From an uncultured Chthonomonadaceae bacterium (GTDB lineage: Bacteria > Armatimonadota > Chthonomonadetes > Chthonomonadales > Chthonomonadaceae): DNA of 64,000 bases. Under the pieces are notes generated by a model. It was not told the DNA's origin. It searched no databases and was given only the letters and a program-made list of their open reading frames with translations. Of the stretch, positions 1 through 9,095 are shown piece by piece. Made by a program: the position numbers and the translations under genes. How positions within the stretch are numbered: the first letter of the stretch is position 1; every line of letters begins with the position of its first letter. The stretch is from positions 32,001-96,000 of the forward strand of contig CAWIEK010000002.1 in NCBI GenBank assembly GCA_963835065.1, read 5' to 3'.

Positions 1-18
1 GAAGTAACTGTAAAATAA

Positions 19-340
19 CACCACAGAGGCACAGAGACACAGAGGAATCACAGAGAAAAGCAGAAAAAGAGAGGAGAGAGGGGAACCGCGAAACACACGA
101 AATAAACGAAAAAAGAAGAAAAGAAAGACAAAAAGAACACGGGGAAATCTCCAGATGCCGCCCAACACTCGGATCAAACAGGCTTTCCTTTTCTGTACGT
201 AATCCTGCTTAATCCTAAAAATCCCGTTAATCCTGTCTATTTCCTTTTGTTTTTCCTTTTTCGTCTTGGTTCGCGTGTTTCGCGGTTCTTCCCTCTGGAA
301 TTCCTCTGTGACCCCTCTGTGTCTCTGTGCCTCTGTGGTG
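19..340. repeat. Nested inverted-repeat element built from ~9-nt-period modules
   Basis: Perfect 27-bp IR CACCACAGAGGCACAGAGACACAGAGG (19-45 / 314-340). It encloses an imperfect IR GAACCGCGAAACACACGAAATAAACGAAAAA (83-113 / ~257-288) and an AATCCTG-type module (~200-241). Confidence 0.9.
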
Positions 341-352
341 AAGGAAAAAATT

Positions 353-1121
353 ATGGACGCTGAACACATTCAATCTTTGGCCGATGAGATTCGCATGAAC
401 GGCTACGTCGTTTTGGAACAGGCGTATTCGCGGGACAAGACAGCAGCGATGCTGGAACACTTCGACGCGCTTGTTGGAAGCGAAACGCGCGGCAGAGCCT
501 TCCAACCGGGGTTCGAACCGTTTCCAGATGCACCTGCCGTTTACGCTGCCGTATGCCGACCCCGACCTTTACCAGAACCCGACCGTGCTTGCCATTCTGG
601 AGAACCTGTTCGGCAAGGACATGATCTGCACCTACTTCGCGTCCGACACGCCGTTCCCCGGCTCCGACTATCAGCCCGTGCATTTAGATACGCGCCTGCC
701 GTTTCCCGAAGCCGCGTATGGCGTTCCGGTTTACAGTTGTGTGCTGAACCTGCCGCTTGTGGATTACACCGTTGAAAACGGGCCGCTGGAAATGTGGCCG
801 GGCGGAACACACCTCATCGGGCAGTCCCGCGATATGGAGCGCATGGCCGCCCACATGCCGTCCATCAAGCCCCTGCTCAAAGCGGGCGATTTGCTGCTGC
901 GGGATGCGCGGATGTGGCACAGGGGTACGCCGAACCGGGGCGAGCGCTCGCGCCCCAACGTCGCCCTCGTGTATTCGCGCGGCTGGTTCCGCTTTGAAGG
1001 CCAGCCCTACCGCATGAAAATCCCCCGCGCCACCTTTGAACAATTCGATCCCACCACCAAAAAGATGTTCCGCTACTGCGCCATCCTCAACCCCGACGGC
1101 ACAATCAGCGACGCGGATTAA
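353..1121 (+). CDS. Phytanoyl-CoA dioxygenase (PhyH) family Fe(II)/2OG oxygenase, frameshift near 470
   Basis: N-terminus MDAEHIQSLADEIRMNGYVVLEQAY (AAGGA SD) joins ORF 471-1121, which carries the HxD (VHLD), NGPLEMWPGGTH and WHRG..N motifs. Confidence 0.85.
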
Positions 1122-1123
1122 AT

Positions 1124-1326
1124 CAAACCACGGAGAACACGGAGGACACGGAGAGGAGAAGACAAAAGAGAATAGACAGGATTAACAGGATTTGAAGGAT
1201 TAAACAGGATTACCAACAGGCAGGACTTGCCTTATGACGGTTTTATCCGTATTTCTCCGTGTCCTCCGTGTTCTCCGTGGTTTGTATCTTTAGTTTTTTT
1301 CGTTTATTTCGTGTGTTTCGCGGTTT
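1124..1326. repeat. Composite 9-mer-module repeat cluster
   Basis: Perfect 31-bp IR CAAACCACGGAGAACACGGAGGACACGGAGA (1124-1154 / 1254-1284). A CAGGATT module (1171-1211) lies inside it. A TTTCGTTTATTTCGTGTGTTTCGCGGTT module follows (~1295-1325), the reverse complement of the 83-113 module. Confidence 0.9.
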
Positions 1327-1359
1327 TATCTCCTCTCCTGACCCCGGAGGTTCCTGTTC

Positions 1360-4034
1360 ATGTCGCTGCCCGAAGGACCGATTACCTGTCTGTTCACCGA
1401 TATTGTCGGCTCCACGCAGATGAGCCGCCATCTGTCCGACGCCGAATACAAGCGCGTCATCGGGGAGCATGACAAACGCCTCCGCGCCTCCATCCTCGCA
1501 AAGCAGGGACACGAGGTTGATACGGCAGGCGACAGTTTCTTCGCCACATTTCAACATACCCGCCACGCGCTGGAATGTGCCGTCGCCATGCAAACCACGC
1601 TGCGCGACGATCCCATTGTCGGCATGAGCGTGGATGACGAGGGCAATCCAGAGCAATGGCCCACCCGCATACGTATCGGCGTGTACAGGGCGGGGCGCGA
1701 GGTGTTTCTGAATGGGGAGGGGAAGTACCGGGACCGCGAAATCAATCTCGCCTCGCGCATCGGGGCTATCGGTGAAGGCGGGCAGATTCTCGTGTCGCAA
1801 TCCGCGCATCAGGGATTGGAAGGCGAGTACAACTGGCAGGAGTGGCCGGGCCGTTACCTCAAAGACTTCGATACGCCCCAGGACATCTACGAGCTGCTGT
1901 GGGATGGGCGTTCGCGCAGCGCGCCCGGCGCGCGTTTTCTGCCGGACTGGTATCGCCGCGAACTCAATCAGTTTGTGGGCCGCAAAGACATGCTGGCGCA
2001 AATTCGGGACTGGCTGCGCGAAAGCCGTTACCCATTATACACGCTGCAAGGCTTCGGCGGCATCGGCAAAACGCGCCTTGCGGTAGAAACGGTTCTGACA
2101 GTCGGCAGCCTGTTTCCCGGCGGTTCCGTCTTCGTCGCCCTCGACCGCGAGATAATGGGCACTGACGCGCAGTCCATCACCCCCGCCCTGCTTGCCGCCG
2201 CCATTGCCCGCGCCGCCAATGCCCCCAAAGAAGTGCAGATAGACCCCGAAAAGCATCTTGCGGCCTGGTTCGCCACGCGCAAATCCACCCTCTTCATTCT
2301 CGACAACTGGGAAAGCGCGGCCAACACTCTGGCTACCGCATGGCTTGGGCGGTTCCTGAACGAAACGCCCGCTGTGCGTTGCCTGGCAACAAGCCGCGTC
2401 GTCATGGGACTGACCACGATGGGGCAAAACAGGCATATTCCCGCCCTGCCCATTCCCGCCGCCACCTCGCAACTGGAAAACTTCGACGCTTATAACCTCT
2501 TCGTCACCCGCGCCCAACAGCGCGACCCGGAATGTTCCCTGCGCGACGGCGATGCTCTCCTGCGTATCCTGTGCGCCACATCGGGAATCCCGCTTGGCAT
2601 CGAACTCGCCGCCGCCCGCATCGTAGACTATCCCCTGGACGCCATTGCCGGTGGATTGGAACAGAGCCTGCTGGACTGGCAGCGCACCCGTGACGATTTG
2701 GGCGACGTGCGCCCGGACGCCGAACGCCATTCCAGCCTCGACGCCAGCCTGAACTGGTCGCTCAACCTGCTGCCTCCAGACGAACGACTGGCGTTCCCGC
2801 GCCTGGGCCTCTTCGCGCACGACTTCGACGCGGCGACGGCGCAGGCAATGGGGGATATTCCCGAAGATTGGCTCCTGCGCTGGCATCGCGCCTCCCTGCT
2901 GGAACGCACCGCTGACCGTATGCGTTACCAACTTCTTCCCGTCGTCCACGAATATGCCCTCCGTCACCTGTCCAACGCCAACATCTGGCGCAATCGGCAC
3001 ATCGCCTATTACCAAATCCTCGCCACAGAAAACGGGGGTGACATCCTTAACCTGAGCAATGCCCACAAACGCCGCGTTCTGGACGCCGAATGGCGCAACA
3101 TCGTGGGAGCCATCGAGGAGGCCGAACGCTTGCAGAAGTGGCATGTCGTACAAAACATGGCAGCGAACCTGACGAACTACTGCGACTTGCGGAGCCTCTG
3201 GTCGGAGCGCGTACAGATTGGCCTCCGCGCTCTCGCAGCCGCCCGCGCCGACAAGGATAAAAGAAATGAAGGCACAGCGCTCAACAACCTGGGCATGGTC
3301 TACAACGCTCAAGGGCGTTGGGAGGAAGCGATTGCCTGTTACGAACTGAGCATTGGAAATTTACCGTGATTTCGGCGACCTGCATTGGCAAAGGACAGAC
3401 GCTCAATAACCTGGGCGTGGTCTACAACAATCAGGGGCGATGGGAGGAAGCAATTGCCTGTTACAAACAGAGTTTACCTGTTTTTAGAGAGTTAAAGGCC
3501 CGGAGGGAAGAAGGAGCCACACTCAGCAACTTGGGCATCGTTTATCGTAAACAGGGCCATTGGGACGAGGCGCTGACCTGCTACAAGGAGAGTCTGGAAA
3601 TCACGCATGAGTTTGGCGACCGGATACGTGAGATATTGTCACTTATGGGGTTAGGCAATGTGTATCAGGCGCAGGAGCTTTGGGAGGAAGCAATTCCTTG
3701 TTACGAGCAGAGTTTAGTCATCCAGCGTGAGTTCGGCGACCGGGTTGGCGAAGGCGCAACGCTCACCAATCTGGGCAATGTGTATGAGGCGCAGGGACGA
3801 TGGGAAGAGGCGATTGCCTGTTACGAACAAAGCCTTGCAATCCTTCGTGAATTCGGCGACCACGTAAACGAAGGAAAGACGCTGGAAAATGTAGCGTTGC
3901 TCCATTACGCGCAGGGCGATACGGCAATGGCGTTACACTGGGAGCGGCAGGCGCTTCGAGTGCTGGAAACCACGCAGGACACACGCGCCATTGCCAAAGC
4001 GCATCGTTTGATTGCAAAGTGGGAACAAGCATAG
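1360..4034 (+). CDS. Class III nucleotide cyclase - STAND/NB-ARC-like ATPase - TPR protein (paralog 1), frameshifts near 3350-3390
   Basis: FTDIVGST, TAGDSFF and INLASRI cyclase motifs; Walker A GFGGIGKT; Walker B LFILDNWE; GIPLGIELAA. C-terminal 40-aa TPR units (TLNNLGxVYxxQGRWEEAIACY) continue in ORF 3318-4034. Confidence 0.85.
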
Positions 4035-4072
4035 ACGAAGCCCACACGTCTTCTTCTCTTCTTCTTTTCTTT

Positions 4073-4158
4073 CTCTTGGTGTCCTTTGCGTCTTGGTGGT
4101 GCAATCTCCTCGTTTTTCCCTTTTCCTCCCTCCGTGTCCTCCGTGTTCTCCGTGGTTT
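4073..4158. repeat. Dispersed 9-mer repeat modules between the cyclase paralogs
   Basis: CTCTTGGTGTCCTTTGCGTCTTGGTGGTG (similar copy at 7081-7109) and CTCCGTGTCCTCCGTGTTCTCCGTGGTTT (same as the 1254-1284 arm). Confidence 0.8.
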
Positions 4159-4218
4159 AATCCTACCTGTGTTATACTATATCAACACCCGCAGTCGTAA
4201 TCCCGGAGGTTCTCGCCC

Positions 4219-6839
4219 ATGACGCCCACGCTCCCACAGGGCCATGTCACCATTCTCTTCACCGATATGGAGGAATCGTCGCGCATCAACGATCCTCTCG
4301 GCAACGACATTTACGCCAGAGAGTTGCGGGACCCGCACTTTACCCGGCTGCGCGAATGTATCCTCGCGCATCACGGGCACGAGTGCGGCACACCGGCGGG
4401 CGAAGAGGTCAGCCTCATGGCCGTGTTCCAGAACCCCAATGACGCGCTTGCCTGCGCCAAAAGGATGCAGGAACAACTGGCGTCCCCTCCCATCTCCTGC
4501 ATGTTCAAAAACACGCTCTACACGGTGCGGGTACGAATTGGCATCCACACATCCAGCGCCTATCTTACTCCCAACGACGCGAACGGCTACAGCGGCACGG
4601 ATACCAACTTCGCCAAACGCATCGAATCGCTCGGCGCGGGCGAACAAATCATCGTCCATGAATCCGTGCAGGGCGCGAATACGTGGAACCGCTACACGTG
4701 GAAAGAATGGCCCAACCGCCGCCTGAAAAGTTTCGACCATCCCGAAACCGTGTACGAACTGCTGTGGGACGAAGCCGAAACGCGCGGCGAACCGGGGGCG
4801 CGTTGGCTGCCGGACTGGTACGGGGGCGAACGCAACCGCTATATTCCCCGCGCCGACAAGGAACAGGAGATACTCGCCCACTTCGCCACCAGATTTCCCG
4901 ACGGCAGCCCCGTGCGTCTCGTCACGCTCAAAGGCTTCGGCGGCATGGGCAAAACCCGGCTCGGACTCGCCTGCGCCCTCCAATGCGTCGGCCTGTTCAA
5001 CGGAAACGTGCATTTCGTCCGGCTGGAAGACCGCGAAAAATCGCCCGAAGCCGTTGCCGAAGCCATCGGAACCGCGCTCGGATGGCAAGGCGAAGCGCGT
5101 CTGCCCGCCAACCTCATCACTTCCCTGCGCGAAATGGATGCCCTGTTCCTGCTCGACAACTACGAAAGCGTCCATTGCCCCGACGTGCAAAAATTCCTCC
5201 GCGACCTCCTGCACAGAACCAAAAAACTGCGCTGCCTCCTCACCGGGCGCGAGGCCGTCAAAATCGCCAATCTCGAACAGCCCGTAGACGTGGAAGGGCT
5301 GACCGACCCCGAAGCCCGCGACCTGTTCCTCGCCCGCGCCCAACTCGTCCGCCCCGGCTGGCAGCCCGTCACGTCTGCCGAACACGCCGCCCTCACTGCC
5401 ATCCTCCGCGACACCGAACGCATCCCCCTCGCCCTCGAACTCGTCGCCGCAGGCATGGGCGACGACGCCTACGGCTCCATCGAACTCGTCGCCCAATCCC
5501 TAGCCGACACGCCCCTGCCCGCCCTTCCCGACGGCTACATTTCCGCCGACCCCAGCGACCGCCACGAGTCCCTGACCCGCTGCCTCGACTGGTCCTACAA
5601 CCTCCTCGATGCCGCCACGCAGGACGGCTTCGCCCGACTCGGCCTGTTCGCCGACACCATCACGCCCGAAACCGCCCACGACGCGGCAGGCGTTCCCGAC
5701 GGCAGCAAACTCCTCACGCGACTGGCGCAGGCGTCCCTCCTCAAGCGCGTGGAACCCCGCACCGAAGTTCGCTACACCCTCCTCCGTCCCACCCGCGCCT
5801 ACGCCCACAACAAACTCACCGCGCATCCCCGCCGCCAACCTGCGCCACGCCTGCATCGCCTACTACCAAAACCTTGCCAAAGAAAACGGCGGTTGGGACG
5901 GGCGCAACCTCAACAACGCCGCCAAACGCCGCGTTCTGGACGCCGAATGGCGCAACATAGTGGGAGCCATTGAGGACGCTGAACGTTTGCAGGAGTGGTT
6001 TGCCGTACAGGACATGGCGGCCAACATCGCACACCTTCTTCGACCTGCGCGGCCTCTGGTCAGAGCGCGTACAGATTGGCCTCCGCGCCCTTGCTGCCGC
6101 CCGCGCTTACAATGACAGACAAAATGAAGGCATAGCCCTCAACAACTTGGGATTGGTCTACGAAATGCAGGGGCGTTGGGACGAGGCTATTGATTTTTTC
6201 AATGCAAGCTTACTTATTTCCCGCGAACTCAGCGAACCTAGCTACGAAGGAGCAAATCTCAACAACTTGGGCAACGTTTACGCAAAGCAAGGCAGATGGT
6301 GCGAAGCCACTACTTGTTACAAGCAAGACCTTGCAATTTGTCAGGGGCAGGGCAACCGCAGGAGCGAAAGCATATCACTCAACAACTTAGGCAATGTCTG
6401 TGGTAGGCAAGATCAATGGGATGAAGCCATTGCCTACTTCAACGGCAGTTTAACAATCTACAAAGAAATTTGTGACCGCATAAGTGAGGGCGGGACACTT
6501 AACAACTTAGGCAATCTTTACCGCAGGCAAGGGAATTGGAACGAGGCTATTACCTGTTTTGAACAGAGTCTGGAGATAGAGCGCGAACAGGGCGACCGCA
6601 TGGGTGAAGGTGGGACACTAGGAAATATGGCTCTGCTTCGATACGAACAAAGCGATATTCCCGGTGCATTAAACTACGCGCGGCAGGCATTGGAAATTCT
6701 GGAAACCATGCAGGATGTAAGACTTACAGAAATGGTTCGTTCGTGGGTACAGAAGTGGGAAGCTACTGCACAGAGAGCTGATATAGGACGACGCCAGAGT
6801 ATTTTTGCGCGAAAGCGCACTGGCAGAAAAGAGTTATAA
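4219..6839 (+). CDS. Class III nucleotide cyclase - STAND ATPase - TPR protein (paralog 2), frameshifts near 5825 and 6033
   Basis: FTDMEESS and TNFAKRI cyclase motifs, GFGGMGKT, LFLLDNYE, IPLALELVAA. The frame continues through ORFs 5609-6115 and 5970-6839 (TPR units LNNLGNVY..QGRW). Confidence 0.85.
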
Positions 6840-6876
6840 TCTTACATCAGCAGGGGAACAGTTATTGTCAGGGACG

Positions 6877-7010
6877 CGCCGGAATGAATTCCTGCACTGC
6901 AAAGGTTGAATGTCCTGCGGACATAACCTGTTGCGCGGGCATTCTCCGTTATCCAGAGAATTGTGTCCGCAGGACACTTGTTTTGTCCAGCGCAGGTATT
7001 TATTCCGGCG
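6877..7010. repeat. REP-doublet (REPIN-like) palindromic element
   Basis: Outer near-IR CGCCGGAATGAATTCCTGCACTG / CAGCGCAGGTATTTATTCCGGCG and inner perfect IR TGTCCTGCGGACA / TGTCCGCAGGACA. Related to the elements at 35778 and 62482. Confidence 0.75.
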
Positions 7011-7124
7011 TGACTTAACCCCGGCATATCAGGAGAGAACGAAAACGTTTCCGGTTCTGTGCTTTTTAGTTGCCCGTTTTCTCTTGGTGTACTTGGCGTC
7101 CTGGTGGTGAAAAGTTACACAACT

Positions 7125-7526
7125 TTATGGGTACAAGTTCAAACGCTTCCATTGCATTCGCGCTCGAAGTTGAAACGCCGAATTTAGCTTCAGTCGCTTT
7201 ATCGTAGCGCGTCCTGTTGCCGTCAGACCGTGCAATTCGGACGTGTCACTGTTGAAATGGAAGTGTTCTGCCCACAAGTTACGGCGTGGATGAAAAAGCG
7301 CAACGCTCTGCGCTTCCATTTCATCCCAACCTGTTATGGCAGTCGCTTTGTGTAAATTGCAGGATTCGCAGGCAAGCGCAAGATTATCCAGCGCATCGCT
7401 GCCGTCCAATGCGCGCGGCAGAATATGCTCTACTTCAAAGGCAAAGTTGAACACCTGCTCAGGGGCGCGGCAGTATTCACAACGATTATCAGCGCGTTCG
7501 GCAACAGCAGGGTAAAGCGGGTTCAA
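7125..7526 (-). CDS. HNH endonuclease
   Basis: RCEYC...EHILP...NLALACESCNLHK HNH/zinc motif. Start overlaps the upstream gene's stop. Confidence 0.9.
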   Translation of the reverse strand: MNPLYPAVAERADNRCEYCRAPEQVFNFAFEVEHILPRALDGSDALDNLALACESCNLHKATAITGWDEMEAQSVALFHPRRNLWAEHFHFNSDTSELHGLTATGRATIKRLKLNSAFQLRARMQWKRLNLYP

Positions 7527-7834
7527 GATTTCACCACTGGCATAGCCTGCGTTCGGGCAATGGTGGCATCAAACGACGCCTCCACCAACTGCTCCCATTC
7601 CTCTTTCTCAGCTTCAGTCAGCGTGTCACGACGGCTTTTCAACTCCTGCAAACGCGCTTGCTGCGCATCGGTAAAGAAGGCATCGGCGCGGTTGAAAGGC
7701 CAAATCACTATTGGCGTCAGCGGCGCAGCCGTCAAGCGTGACATCAGCGCCGTCAGGGCGTCTTGCGGCGTCACGCCAAACCCTTGTTCCTTATCTGCAA
7801 CGGCGCGAAATTGTGTGTTTTCCTGTGGGTTCAT
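7523..7834 (-). CDS. Small putative antitoxin (HicB-like N-terminal motif) paired with HNH
   Basis: AGGAA SD before MNPQENTQ; GxTxxxAL motif (GFGVTPQDAL); translationally coupled to the HNH gene. Confidence 0.55.
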   Translation of the reverse strand: MNPQENTQFRAVADKEQGFGVTPQDALTALMSRLTAAPLTPIVIWPFNRADAFFTDAQQARLQELKSRRDTLTEAEKEEWEQLVEASFDATIARTQAMPVVKS

Positions 7835-8026
7835 CGGTTTCCTTTCTGGCGCAGGAGCGCGGAAAAAGGTTCTTGTGGGCAATGTTACTCTCATTATAGC
7901 AAACTTTCTTGAGAGCGTTCAAGAATTTGCATCAGGCATCTGCACAGCATTGCCGGGTCAGACAAGTTTATGTTACAATGGGTTTATGAACGAGATTGCT
8001 AAAAACCATCTGAACAGGAGAAAACC

Positions 8027-8251
8027 ATGACAGATTTTTCGACAATGCCAACAGCGTCTCAGACCGACGCAGAGTATCAGGCCGCTTTATCTGCCTGCGT
8101 CAACGAGATTCAGTCTCTTCTGAATGAGATGAAGACCGACCAGATTGAGATTGATCGTCTCAAACACAGCAGCGAGATAACCTGGGCTGAAATTGACCTG
8201 TTAAGAAACCAAACGCGGGAAATCCTGCAACGAGTTGAGGCGGTGGTATAA
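8027..8251 (+). CDS. Small coiled-coil hypothetical protein
   Basis: AGGAGA SD; 74-aa heptad-rich ORF. Confidence 0.65.
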   Translation: MTDFSTMPTASQTDAEYQAALSACVNEIQSLLNEMKTDQIEIDRLKHSSEITWAEIDLLRNQTREILQRVEAVV

Positions 8252-8254
8252 TCC

Positions 8255-8563
8255 ATTTGGAAAAACATCGTTGACATCGGCAAGCAGGTCGTCAATCTGG
8301 CGCGAGAAATCCGCCAGAACAAAGACGAAATCAAAGAAATGCGCGAACGTGAGAAAAAGCAGGAAAACGAAATCAAAGAATTGCGGCAGGAGATGCGGCG
8401 GATGGCCGAAGCCATGCAGCGTCTTGCTTATGAGTACCAGCGGCAAAACGACAGGACGGAAAGAGAACGCGAAATACTCCTGAAAGATATGGAAATCATG
8501 ATTTTGCGTTACAATCGCGGGTTGCCTCCCCCTGATAAGCCACAGCAAAATACACCGGAGTGA
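8255..8563 (+). CDS. Coiled-coil hypothetical protein, apparent ATT start
   Basis: The frame of ORF 8339-8563 is open back to ATT-TGG at 8255 (WKNIVDIGKQVVNLAREIRQNKDEIKE...), with GAGGCGGTGG upstream. Confidence 0.6.
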   Translation: MWKNIVDIGKQVVNLAREIRQNKDEIKEMREREKKQENEIKELRQEMRRMAEAMQRLAYEYQRQNDRTEREREILLKDMEIMILRYNRGLPPPDKPQQNTPE

Positions 8564-9095
8564 AAGGGAATTATGTCCGAAGGACATTCGGCGGAACGCC
8601 ATACAGCGAAGCACTTCAGTGCGTCGCCCCAACGCACAAAAATACTGAAAAAAAGCCAAACAACGCGAAAAACATTGAACCCTTTGCCCAACGCAATCGT
8701 CTAAACAGTAGAACAACGTCTGCTATACAGATGTTACACACAAGAAGGGAGGTGCAGAGCCATGTTTCACCCCTCCCGTTCGCCCTGACGCTGCGGAGGT
8801 CACGACGCCTCTCTCCTACAACCAGACACAACGAGACATCGGGCTGGAAGCGCTGTATTGCCAAGATTTCGACGATGACTCTACATATTCTCTTTCTTTT
8901 TTAGGGCGCTCTCAGGACTTACAGGCCAACAATCACCCGCCGCCAACCACCAATCACCAACCAAAAGAGGAACCTTTCCTGCTAACGGCGAACGTTAGGG
9001 AACGTCTATCGTATAGATTGTTTCCGCACACGACCTGAATCCCATGCCCGTTGTTCTCATGCGTTCCGCCCGATGCGCCGAAAGGAAAGACCCGA

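Noticed and set aside
2035..5496. Long antisense ORFs (e.g. 2035-3312 and 4177-5496; likewise 20468-22006 and 29532-30758)
   Set aside because: Shadow frames of GC-rich genes with no motifs; the opposite strand has clear domain signatures.
3260..6720. TPR repeats as a diversity-generating retroelement target
   Set aside because: No reverse transcriptase or template repeat in the window, and the differences between units are not visibly adenine-specific.
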